Shown in pieces: positions 1-11,486 of a stretch of 64,000 nt of DNA. Position numbers and translations under genes: made by a program. Source of the stretch: Lophium mytilinum (taxonomy: Eukaryota). Location: NCBI GenBank assembly GCA_010093605.1, contig MU004193.1:875520-939519 (forward strand). The letters are read 5' to 3'. The notes below the pieces were generated by a model that was not told the DNA's origin, did not search any database, and saw nothing but the letters and a program-made list of their open reading frames with translations. Position 1 is the first letter of the stretch. Each line of letters starts with the position of its first letter.

Positions 1-913
1 CTGCGTTGGGGTTTACGTTGGATCCCGGAGCGCCAGGATGCATGTTTGGCGGTCCAACTGGAGGTCCTTGAGGGGCTGCTTGAGGTGGTCCCAGTCCCGA
101 GCCTGGTCGTTGAAGCGGAGTTTGAGACATTCGCGACTTCGGGCTGCCTAATCCAGGCGTGTGCGGGTGCGAGCCTTGGTGCTGCATTGGCTGACCTTGC
201 TGATGGGACATCAAAAGTGAGTTAGAAGCCATCGGTTGATGCTGCTGGGACGACGGGTGCTGGGCGTAGGGCGATTGCTGTGCTACTGGGTACGGCGTGT
301 AGTACATTCCCTGTGGTGGCATCTGGCTCGTCGGTTGCCCGTAGAGAGGTCGTCCATGTTGGTCGTGCTGCGGTGACTGCACTGAAGCGGGCGAGTTTGA
401 CTGCGGTGTGTGGTAGATTGGTGGAAATGTGCGGTTCATGGTAGCGGTTGCCATGAGGTCTGGGTTCTCTGCAGATCCAGTCAGAAATCAATACATCTTG
501 GGGCCCGCGGGTTCGACGGGGGTGAAGTTGCTTCGACGCGTCTTCTAGCAAAACATTCACCAAAACAACAGAAAACCTGGTAGACAGACGCGTCGAAGAA
601 GAGAGAAGCTTTGAAACTGACCTGAGGACGTGTAGCTTCCGGAAGCACTGTTCGTGCTATACGGGCTCGGGTGGGCAGGATAGTAGGGGACTTCCTGCTG
701 CTGACCTGGTGGACCTGGGATTGGATTTCCGTACGGCGACTGGTGCTGCTGCGGATTGGACGGGTGCGGCGACGCGTACGGGCCCTGAGCAGGCGACTGC
801 GCGGGTTGAGACTGGTGAGGAGAGTCAGGATGATGCTGCTGGACTACTCCGGCGCGTGGATGTTGGAGGTGCTGTGGCGGTGGGAGGCCCTGCGCAGAGG
901 GGTGGGGGTGATG
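1..913 (-). CDS. Pro/Gln/His-rich conserved Pezizomycotina protein, possibly a transcription regulator; partial (3' end off window, first exon not located)
   Basis: Exon 913-622 (HHPHPSAQG...QQQEVPYYPAHPSPYSTNSASGSYTSS) follows CTAAC..TAG. Intron 621-469 is GTCAGT..CTGAC..CAG. Exon 468-<1 continues in frame (ENPDLMATATMNRTFPPIYHTPQSNSPASVQSPQHDQHGRP...GPPQAAPQGPP). This frame is absent from the ORF track because it runs off the edge. Confidence 0.75.
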
Positions 914-3900
914 CTAGCGCACGACACGTTAGCCACGACGTCCCAACGACGGATGAGTAATGTGCAGGCGAGTGGTGAGGTGTTGCAAAACAAAAGCCCT
1001 CGCGCACATCCACGTCCTGGCAAGAGAGCAGTAGTACCTCGGCGAGATCGGAGCAGACAGATCAGACCAAGGGTAGGAGGGCGGACAAGGAGAATAGACA
1101 GGCAGAAGAGACGGCAAACAAATGCAGGGTTTTTGAGAGGATGGATGGAGGTGGGTGATGGTTGGATGGGTGGCGGGGGTGAGGGGCATATGAAGGCGGT
1201 GTCTTGAGCGATGCGCAACAGGCCAACCGCGTTGGGACAGCTCTGGACAAGGGTAGGTGCAAGGCGGCGGTGACTGAAGGAGATATAGGAAGACAACGGG
1301 GTGTGGAGGAGTGCTCAGACGGCGACAGCAGCGCGCGCTGGTGAGTGGCCCGGGCAGGACGCACAGCGGAGGCCTGGGAGGAGGCACCAGGGTTCCGCTG
1401 CTGGCCCTCGGGCGCACTGCTTGGACATGACAGGGGGATGCCGGTGCAGCAGAGGCTGGAGCCGGACAGGTGCAAGACGACAGAGGGTGCAGGCTGGGGG
1501 AGAGTGAAGGTTGAGGCCGCTGCTTGGCGAGAAGGGCCTACCATGTAGCCAGTGCAGCACTGGAGCTGGGGGTTGGGCGATAGCTCGGGATGCGGCGTCG
1601 TTGCAGCGCGGATGTGCAGCAGAGGGCTTGATGCATGCAATGGGCAAAGCCAACGGTCGGAGGGAGGGTGCGCGAGTGGTGGAGGTTGAGGAGCAGGGAG
1701 GCACTCACCAGCTGGGCCGCCACAGGAGCCGGCTCTTCCTTATACTTGCGGGGGCTGCCTGCCCTATCTCGCGACGACGCATGCGACATTGTTATTATTG
1801 CTGCTGGAGGTCTGGGGGGAGTCAGTGACTGAGTTGGGCGCGAGGGCAGGCCGTGCAGGCTAACAACGGCCGTCCGTGCAGCTGCAGTGCCGCGCTAGCT
1901 GCGTAATTTCAGCACACCACCGCAGACAGGGTGGGCCCCGGGCAGCGTGTAAAAGAGAAACGCCCTAACGCGCCGAGTCCAGCCACCGGCTTGGGCGGGC
2001 GCAGCGGCTTGGGGGGCTGCGTGCACGACGACGATGCGGCCGTGTGAGTGGCCTGTGGTGCTGCAGCAGCGGGACGACTGCCTGTTGCGAGGTCCGGCGC
2101 CGCGGCTGTTGAGCGCGGATAAGGCCCTGTGCAACGGCCGCTGTCCGCAACGGGCTGGCGGGAGGCGTGGTAAGGCCGGGGGGACTTCCGGGGGGCCTGC
2201 GTGGAGGGAGGAGAGCTGGTTTGCTGGATGCCCTCGCGCTGCTCTGCATGTGCTGGGTTGCGTGCCGGGTGTCGGCTAGGGCTTCGGCAGGGCGAGCGCT
2301 GATGGCGACGATGGACCGGGAGGCGTGCCAGCCTGTGTGCCTGCGCGTGGGAGATGAGAGGACGGCGACAGGGGATGGGCGTGGTGGAGCAGAGTGGACG
2401 AGCGATGGAGGCGATGGGATGGAGGATGGGGCCAGGATGGATGCGATGTCCTTGAACGTCGCGTGCGCCGGCTGCCTTCCGGGACGCCAAGCCCGGTAGC
2501 CCCGTGCTAGTCCCGGTCGTCCCGCGCTAGAGCACGCCAAATCTGGCACTAACTTCAAGTCTAGCCCAAGACAGCCCGTACGTTACCGCTGCGCTCTTTG
2601 CGATGAAATATAACGCCGTATTCTTCCTCGCCCTCAACTCCTCCCTCCGGAACCGCTCCACAGCTCCACTCCACCTCTGCTAATTTTATCCATTTGCATC
2701 GTCGCAAAGCACCACCATGACCAACTCTAACCCACCCGCTAACAACGCGTGAACGCCTCCCGCCGTCGTTTGCACGTTTGCACGTTCGCGCTAGACACCT
2801 CCTCTCGCGCTCCCTGAAATTGCAGAGCCCGCCGCGGCGGAATCACATCTTCCAAACGCGCCCGCGTCCCGAACGGTGCCGTTGTTGAGCCCGCAGCCCA
2901 CGATAATACTCCGCTGCGATATGGGCCGGGTTGCCCTCGCGGTGCCGTGTCTCAGATGCGACAGCTGGCTGCTCGGTTCCATCGAGTCCTCGGCCTGCTG
3001 TCCTCGGCTTCCTGCTAGGCCAGCGTCGACTCGGGGCAAAGCCACCCTCCGATGAGTCCTCATTGGCCGGCGCGCTGCTCGAAAATGCAAGTGATCAACG
3101 TCAATCAACGGCCACAGCGCGCGTCAGACTCCCTAACCTGCTTGTGCCTGGCGGGCCCCATCCGTCCCATACGACGCGGATCGGCACACCAGCACGGACG
3201 GAGCCCGCCCGAATCCTGCGCAGAGACATGGCGTCGACAAGCCTGCCCTGGGGATCCTCGCTCATTTCGCTCCCTGCCAGCTGTTGATCGCATCCAAGCC
3301 ATCCATCGCAAGCAGCCCTGGGAGAGATCGTAAATGCTGCGAGGAAGGTTGCGGCGCTGCCACCACGCATTGAGATGGCCGCAAGAATCATGCCCCGGAG
3401 CATCTCAACGCCGCCTGAGTCGCTGCTAAGCTGGAGAACATGCCCGGCCTAGGATGATGCCTGTGCATGTTTATGCGATGGCGCGCAAGACGTTGGCCGG
3501 ACACATCCAACAGCCAACGGCGCGCCGGCAGATGCCACAGAGCGATGGCAAGGCGGGCTGAACTGGCCTCACGGCACAGACGAACGTCAATGTCGCCATC
3601 GAATCTTTTTCCCCTTCGCGCTGCAGGAGAAATGAGGGTCGCGTCGACACGAGCGCCACAGCGAGCAGAAGTCTTTCAAGTAGCTTCGCCGCCGGGCCGC
3701 CGTAGATGTCAGAATGGCCTGATGCTGAGCAGAAGGATGCGCTGCTACTGCATGGCGCCCACACGAGCGCCAGAATAGATTAAAGCTCTGGATTTGCCAC
3801 TGAGGACAAATCGCAGCCGACTTCTCCACCCGGCGCCGGTGCCGTCGCGCTCATGAATTCCCAAAAACCTGCTCTGCGACGAAACGAGCCGCGTCAAGGG

Positions 3901-5947
3901 CGTGTCAACTGTCTGCTTTTTCCAAGACTGAATAGGCTGACAGCGGTCGCCGGCTGTGTGCAGGAGACGACGTGAGGTCGAGGTTATAGCACATATAGCA
4001 CATCCTGGTATATCAAATGCTCCTCAATGGGCAGCCAACGAATGCGGAGAGACCCTGGGAGCGACTGGGAGTGACAGCTTGCCTAGAGAAGCACCGCTGC
4101 TGAGTTGACAAGGGCAACAACTCAGGTACCGAGGAAGGGTTAATGCCTGGTGCTGCAACGACAACTCTAATCCAACAACTGGAAAGCCCTCAGGCACGAC
4201 GTCGAGCTCGAGTAGAGAGCATCACCATCGCCATCACAATCAGCAACACCATCGGACGACGCCGACAGCACGAGCAAATGTTGGCGGTCAACTGCAGTCG
4301 GGGGATTCTTCGGGGCGCAACGGCACCGTGATCCAGCGGATCGAAGGATCGCAGACTACCGAGGTGAGGTCGACTGATAACGACAGTCAAGGTGTGCTGT
4401 GCCGGGACCCAGCGTTCAGACACGACGGATGATTCCCCTTTTCGCGACAGAGGCCGTCTCGAGCAAGACGAGTTGCACGAGATGCGGGCAGGCGCCTGGA
4501 GATCTCGTCCAAAACGGCCACTGCCCCGCGAACAGCCAAACGGATCCTCATTCTTCGAGTCGCTGTTGCACGCCCAGCGCGATAAAAGAACGGCGGCGTG
4601 CATCTGAAGTCGCTCAGACCAGCAGCGCGGCGACGTGCAGCCGGCCACAAGCCAGCAGAGCGTGCTCGTGGTGTCCGAGTGCACAATTGCCCCGATGGGC
4701 TCGCACGCCGTAATCATGTGCCAGTCCTACCGCGTCAACGCTTCCGATCAGTGACACCGCCCGCGGATCCCGAGAGCTGTAGCTGACAGAGGCGGTTGCG
4801 CTGTGGAGAGTCGTCATCACATCGGCTGGACTGTGGTGACTGGCCTCTGCCATCGCGGTGTTGAGGTCTGAGACTCCGCGGTGGGGTTGGCGATGCTCAA
4901 CGTGCCCAGCCTGGCCGTTGAGCTTGTGCTGACGGGAGACATGGATGCCTGTCGCGCCGCTATCCACGCCTGTCGACAACGGTGTGCGATCGGCCGTGAG
5001 GGTGTGGGAGCACAGGCTCGTGGAGGCGCCCAGGATGTGCCGATTCTTACCATACCGAAAAATAACGGAGCGCCTCCGGCCTAGCCTTTTTAGCCCAGCA
5101 TGGGTTGTCGTCCAGGCCTCGACTGTCAAGGTTCCCCCAATGTTGAAGCCTGAAACACCACAGTCGCAGCATCATCTTTACTCCACGCTTCGATACAGTA
5201 TACCCTCGCTCTGGCCCCAATCAGCACCAGCCGGCCACTCTATCTAAAGCATGCTCTGCTATACTTAATTGCCGGAAGCATAGTCCCGGTGTGGTCTCCG
5301 CGAATGCCAGGATAGAGTGGACATCAGCACCGCATGCTCTCCGACAGCAGCCTGCGAGTCCATCTGCAAGACCCTCGTTAGGACCGCTCCGGATCCTCCC
5401 AAGGGCTAGACTTCACGACCTCCACCGATGCTGCTGACTGTGGCCCGGAAATTTAAATTAAGGTTGCTGCCAGGCGGCGTCAAGCAGCAGCATGGGAAAG
5501 GGGCAAAAAACGCGATTGTGGAGGGCGCCAGCCAGCCTCCCCTCCCATGTTCACGATCTCGTCAGACTTCCGCTGCCTGCCTTGCTTCCCGCACTTCCTT
5601 GAGGGTGACGGCTCTGCTCCCGAGCAAGCCTGGCCAGCGCAGCAATCGAGCCAGGACGCCTGGCGATGTGGACAGGCAAGCCGGCCCCGGACGGCGGAAA
5701 CACACGAGATGGCCTTTTGCCGGCGATCCGAGGCATCGCAGGCCTGCCCAGCCTGACAAGGAGCTTCGAAAGGCGATCTGAGGAGCATTTTGTCGTTGCT
5801 TTGAAATGGACCTCTAACCGAGCTCTCGAAACTCAACGGCCATGCATAAGCGCGGTTCTTGCATGACCGTCTCGCACCATGATTTGCTGTCCAGCGCGTT
5901 TTCTTGCTGGCGGCGCCGTCGCCGTGCAAACCATGTCCTTAACAGAG

Positions 5948-6542
5948 CGACAATAGTCTACAATGCGTGCATATTACCCCTGTACAGTCTTCAATGCGTA
6001 CGAAACGCCACCTTCAACACGGGCGCTTCGCTTCAAGCCAGAAATAGCTGTAGCTTCAAGCACCCATGTCTATGCAGCGTTTCGCAAGCATGCACAACTC
6101 ACCCAGCTCTGCCCACGACAGTGATGGTGGTGCAAAGCTAGTCAATATCTCACGTGACCTAAAGGAATCACTTCTGAAACTTAAAAGGCTGCGCAAACAA
6201 CGCCCAACTTGGGTATTCTTGCGTGCTAGTGAGGTGTGTAAGAGGGAGAAAGGAGGGTTGGGGGACGGCTAAGTATTATGTTTAGGGGTGGTTGCTCTGC
6301 CAACAAGATAAGCACGTGCCGGGCACGGGGCTGCCCCCTTATCTTCTGTCATCACCCACCCTCTCTTCCTCCATCTTGCACCTCACGGGTACCTCTACGT
6401 GAGTTGTGCATGCGTGCAAAACGCTGCATAGACAAGGGCGCTCGAAGCTACAGCTAGTTTTGGCTTGGGGCGGCCCGGGTGGCGTTTCGTACGCATCGAA
6501 GACTGTACAGGGGTAATATGCACGCATCGAAGACTATTGTCG
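5948..6542. mobile_element. Non-autonomous Mutator-like DNA transposon (MULE-MITE), 595 bp
   Basis: Imperfect TIRs of ~150 bp at 5948-6102 and 6399-6542 (CGACAATAGTC...GACTATTGTCG). Exact 9-bp direct repeat TTAACAGAG at 5939-5947 and 6543-6551. No transposase inside. Confidence 0.85.
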
Positions 6543-9500
6543 TTAACAGAGCGGCAGTGCCAGGACTGCCCTGCTTCCCGCTCATTCCTGGTCGGTGACC
6601 GGGGGCCCTGATCATTTCTGTCTGACAGGCGGATGGTGGGGTTTTGGCAGCGGCATTGCTTCATGGGCTGATGTCTGCGTCCACTCCAACATCAGGAGAG
6701 CCGCGTGTCGTCGATTGGACTGGCTGGCGGGGGCCAGATTGCTGCTTGGGCTCGGCTGCTGTTGCTGAGATTGTTGATGCATCTTTCAGGAGAAGAACTG
6801 GTTTGACCCAGCCCGCCGGGTCGTCAGCGGTCCAGCACTCGTATCGCTCGAGATGTCCTCGCAAACCTGCCAGGCGAGATGCGGTGCCAGATAGAGTGAG
6901 CACTCCCAATTACCTCAGGCGACACGGCTGTGCAACCTCGCGTGGGACCTTGGAGGCCGCTCGAGGTTTCGAAGCATTCCGGTATCTGTTCCGAACACGG
7001 CCTTTGCTCACGAGCGCAGGATCAGATGCTATCCTCTGCAGCAGCGCGTTGACCAATCAGCACGCGTATGGCACTATTCGAAGAGCGTCGCTCACAGGCT
7101 TGCATCAGTCACCGGAAAAGGCAGCTTTGCGACGCCTCTCCGTCCGTATCGCTCCTCTCCGCACGAATCGCGCTCACAAATCGGCTGACGTGGCATGCAA
7201 ACTGGTCTGGCTGCAATATGCGCAGCTTGGAAGATGGAGGCCTGACGATATTCCCCTTGTGTGGCGATCGACGTGCGACGTGCGACGCGACGTGCTGGAT
7301 TGTTGTCACTCTCCGCATTTCCGCCCCAGTCCCGTGACTTGCGCGTGATTGTACGTAGCTAGGATTGCGGCACAGCGGTGGAGAAAGGCCCAAGCCAAGC
7401 CAGCAGCCCTTTTCCGCTCGGACGACGCCTTGCTTTTCGGCAATTGTCGTTGGCGCCGGGACGACTTCCATGGGTTAAAAAAACGGTGCTCGGAGCGATT
7501 TTTTAACAAAAAGCCACTCATCATTCCGCGACGCCTTGCAGCCCTCAGCCAGCCTTCGCAGACCCGGTGCGGATCGTGGCCGATGTGCTTCGGGGGCCCT
7601 CGCCGAGTCTTGATCGCGGTTTCGAGGCTGCGAGCCCGTGACAGCCCAACCCCAACCACACATGTGCTGGCTGTGGATCGACTCTTCCCCACTTGTCCGT
7701 GGCCTTGCTCCTGGTGTGTCCCAGTGTGCTTGTTGGACGTCCTGGCAGCTTCCGGCACCCCTGTCCTGACGAGCTCTCATCTGCCACTGCGCATCGGGGC
7801 TGCCACCGTTCTAATGTCTCAAAACGACGCCAGAGCAAACAGAGACAAAGGTCGAGTCTGCATGCACCAACGTCCCAATTGCCCATTAACGTCAGCTGAA
7901 CGCGCCGGAATCAAAATTGCCTGGCGCAATCGGCGCTGCAGACGCAGTAGCACTCATCCGCTTCGTCCGAAAATAAAGTCCGCGAGCGACGCGACCAAGC
8001 GGAGATTTGGGCATCCATCACTATTACGCTGTATAACCGTGAGGCGAACATCACCACGCCGGGTGCGACAGTGCTTCGGCGACGTCTCAGCCTGCGTGAG
8101 TCGTTGGAGAGACGAGGACAGCAGGTGGATTGTGCAGCAGCCTCGTCGTGGTGCCGTTCTCGTCGAGCTTCTAGTGCCCTTCTAGAAAAAGGGGTCATTC
8201 CCTTCACTGCGGTTTCAATCGCTAACTTTATATCGCCAACGAGTCACGCCTGTCGAAGCACTGTTGCACCATCGCAATGGGCGGCTTTGGCGGGTGGAGT
8301 ATTGATGGATCATCAAACATCATAGCCCAGTCACTAACATCGAACGAACCAACTAACAATAGAATAGTCACACAAACAACGAGTTCTTATTACGAATTAC
8401 TTCCATCCATCCCACGCATCGACCACCACAAACGCGTCCTCCCAGTTGCTGTTTCCAGCCAGCGTAGAAACGAAACAGTCGCCGGATCACGAGATGAGAT
8501 GCGTCAAGGCGTCCCACCGTGTCTTGTGTCCCACGACCGCGTTTGCCCGCCATCACGGGCTCGGTCGGTCATCTCCAACGCCGTAACTGTGGATGCCGCA
8601 GCGACGAGCACGCCGGTAATGGAAGGGATGCCCACGCGCGTGCCATGCCGTCTCACCATTCCGCAGCAGTACCGTCCGCACGTACTGCAGAACCAAGCTG
8701 GGAGACCCATTGCACAGGCACCGTTCAATTCGAACCGCTGGTAGCGATTCGAGATGATCCGGGTCGGGGGAGGGCAAGGCGTGAGCGAACGGGACACCTG
8801 GAGCATCGGCTCTCCAGCGTCCTTTCCAGCATTCCCTACCACAAATACACGTCTCGTGCGACCAGCGGCCGTTCGAGACGTACAAATACCAGCTAGCGGC
8901 GCTGTGGTTGGGCGGTTGTGGTTCCATACCACTCGCCCTGTTGCGTGCGGCGTGATGCAAATAGAACGGCGTTTCGTGCTATATCGAAAACCGAAACATT
9001 GTAAGTGGTATGTATTTTCAGAGAATGACAAATCTCCAGACGTCGAAACACTGCCACGGCAGGAAGGCGGGTGCTGTTGTCAGCTGGCCTGGACCTGCGC
9101 CTGGGTTGCTGGACGCGCGATGTGGGTGCTGTGGAAGGTGAGTTGCGGTGGTTATGCGTCTGACGGTAGTACGGTTTGTGAATCCTTCGCGCGAGGCGGG
9201 CGGGTGTTGGGTTTCAGAAGGCTGCCTGCATCGCATGGCATAAGGTGGGGGCTGCGACTTGTTTTAGTCGTGGTATCCGGTGATGCTGTGCGGGGTGCGT
9301 GAGAAGGATCAGTTTCTGGTTTCGGGTTCGTGGTCTAAGATAGGAGATCGAGAGGTAAGTCTTGTAGTGCTGAACGGGTAAGTCTGGTTGGCCTGTTCCT
9401 TAATACCGCATCTAGAATTCGAGTTTAGAGTACATCAAATCTATGCACCTATGCGCTATCTACCACGTCTCAGTCACTATCATGCCAATATCTCAAATAC

Positions 9501-9780
9501 TGTTCTCGTGTCTATGCAAAACTCTATAATTACGCAGTCATCAAGCCTCTTTCTACGTCAAACTACCTCGCACGCACCAATGTCTTGACCGTTCACGGAC
9601 GTAGACTTCATGCTACCACCATCTCTCCACCATCGTCCAACACAGCCTCCATTCTCTCTTTTCCCCACTCTGCTCCGTACACAAGCTAAACTAAGACCCC
9701 ACACTACCAACTTCAAACTAGCTACCCCGTGCTTTCTGAAACCAACCCGGCAGCTGTTCGGCAATGCCATCTCGCCGTCT

Positions 9781-10067
9781 ATTTATACACCATCATCAGA
9801 ATAGCTCACCCTGACCTTTCCTACCTTCCTGAACCAGAACCAGCCTTCCCCACGTCGGGGCGTCGTATGTTTAGCGTGTGTACGTCCGCTACGCGTCCGC
9901 CGAGGTGGCTAGTACACTACCTTGCTCAAGCAAGCGGGGAATGCTATGAAGCTGCGAAGTGGATACATTAGGAAGGTAGGAGACGGGCATCGTGATGGTA
10001 GCTTAGGTATGTAAGTCACGAGTCGGCGTGACGATCTCGTGATCAGGGCTTTTCGGCTAGTATAAAT
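9781..10067. promoter_or_regulatory. Putative bidirectional promoter 1 of the non-coding array cluster
   Basis: GTATAAAT on - strand (9788-9781) and on + strand (10060-10067). E-box variants lie between them (CACGTC 9851, CACGAG ~10017, CTCGTG 10036-10041). Confidence 0.55.
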
Positions 10068-10089
10068 GTTTCTAGAATAGATGCATGGC

Positions 10090-10260
10090 CTCGAGACATG
10101 GAGGAGGACGTCCAGTTGGCTGTGCAAAACACTCCCGGGCAAATGGAAATGGACTTGGGCCGTGGAGCAACAAGCGAGGATATGGATTTTTATGTGCGCT
10201 CTGGGTCAATGAAACCGTCAAATTCAGAAGGGAAATGGTTGGTGCCGGGCAGACTGGCCT
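10090..10260 (+). repeat. Degenerate ~45-nt repeat/spacer array (candidate ncRNA unit)
   Basis: ATGGAGGAGG..GTGCAAAA (10098), ATGG..GGAGCAACAA (10143), ATGTG..GGGTCAAT (10192), ATGGTTGG..GGGCAGA (10235). Confidence 0.45.
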
Positions 10261-10449
10261 TTGGAAACTTGGTATCAGTCGAAGGAGATGATGCTGAGCA
10301 CTACTCTTCAGAACACCTCGCAATCCTTTCCATGCTCGCAGTCTATCATTACCATACCCCTAAAGCTTCTCCGATACCGCTAATGCTTCTCGTCACTATT
10401 ACTTCCTTGAACCCCCACACTAGATCCACCCTTCATCAAAGTCTTCGTC

Positions 10450-10860
10450 GAAGCATTTTACTTCCTCCATGATCGGCCAGTGCAAACGGTTTGCTCCTCC
10501 CCTCCCTCCTCCACATCGGAAAGGTGTTGGCAATTTGTTGACCCCCTCCACCAACCTCCCACCATTGTGACCAGCTTCCTAGGGATTTTGCTCCACCGCT
10601 CCCTCCTCCACATCGCAAAGTCGTATTCATGTTGTTGCTCCCACACCACACTCCCACCGTGGCATCGAAGCCTGTCCAATTTTGCTCCACCACCCCCCTC
10701 CTCCATGAAACGAGCTATTGTGTTGTTTTGCTCCCCCCCAATCTTCCACCATCAAGTTTAAGGATTATTTTCTTTTCCAAGCCACTGCTCCTCCGCATAA
10801 CGTTACATTGTGGAAGAGTATTTTGCTCCCATCCGCCGGACCGCACTCCATCCAGTTCCT
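10450..10860 (-). repeat. ~47-nt repeat/spacer array, about 8-9 units (candidate ncRNA)
   Basis: On the + strand TTTTGCTCC-like cores recur at 10493, 10540, 10590, 10637, 10684, 10730, ~10776 and 10825 (period 46-50). Each core is followed by a C-rich tract, and the units are separated by unrelated ~16-22 nt sequences. Confidence 0.75.
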
Positions 10861-10937
10861 CCACGAGGAATTTTAGTCCTCCGACTCCTTCGTCTCACCC
10901 TGCAGAAGGAAAGGTGGAAAGAGAGCGAGGGGCGGGG

Positions 10938-11106
10938 TTTTATACTCGCTGGACGAACGGCGGTCAGGAGGTGTCACGTGGGGTTTTTGGTTGCACGTGA
11001 GCGGGAGTGGTGCGAGGGGGAGGGGAGATGTTAGGCGTGGTTAAGCGGTGAGTGGTAGGTGGTGCGTGATGTGGCACGTGGGTGCTGCTTTCTTTTTCGT
11101 ATAAGA
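10938..11106. promoter_or_regulatory. Putative bidirectional promoter 2 (TATA / 3x CACGTG / TATA)
   Basis: GTATAAAA on - (10945-10938), CACGTG at 10975, 10994 and 11075, GTATAAGA on + (11099-11106). Confidence 0.65.
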
Positions 11107-11486
11107 GGGAGGCGTAGGCGGAGAAAGGAAGGTAAGGAGGGAGTTCGCTAGGTCTCTCGACACGGCGAGGCATGCAAATTGATGGAGAGGGCGGTGGGTG
11201 AAAACTCAGTCAAGAAGACGCTTGATGTGGTTCGGGTCTTTAAACAGGACATACGGAATATTACTATAGGAGGGGATTCGGCTGGACTGGTGTGGAGGCG
11301 TTGTTTAAGGGCGATGATGCTAAGGATTACTTCATGAGATTGGTGGATTTGGTTGTTTCTAGGAAGCTTTGCGGAGGGTTAGCTGATTATCACTACACCT
11401 CTGAATCAACATCGCTCGGAATGGATCACTGCTGCTCATCCTTATCACCTCTCGCCCTTAGAGGACCGAATTCAGCCTCCACAGTC

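Noticed and set aside
200..226. Apparent branch point and acceptor CTAAC..CAG on the minus strand
   Set aside because: The frame reads through (MASNSLLMSHQQ) without needing an intron.
6644..9302. ORFs of 234, 278 and 182 aa
   Set aside because: Arg/Cys/Pro-rich composition typical of chance ORFs in GC-rich DNA; no motifs and no transposase signature.
10098..10472. 124-aa ORF starting after the TATA at 10060
   Set aside because: No recognisable domain, and sister units have no equivalent frame. It cannot be fully excluded as a small orphan gene.
10450..10860. Calling the array a CRISPR
   Set aside because: Eukaryotic context, no cas genes, degenerate non-palindromic repeats. Reported as a repeat-spacer array instead.
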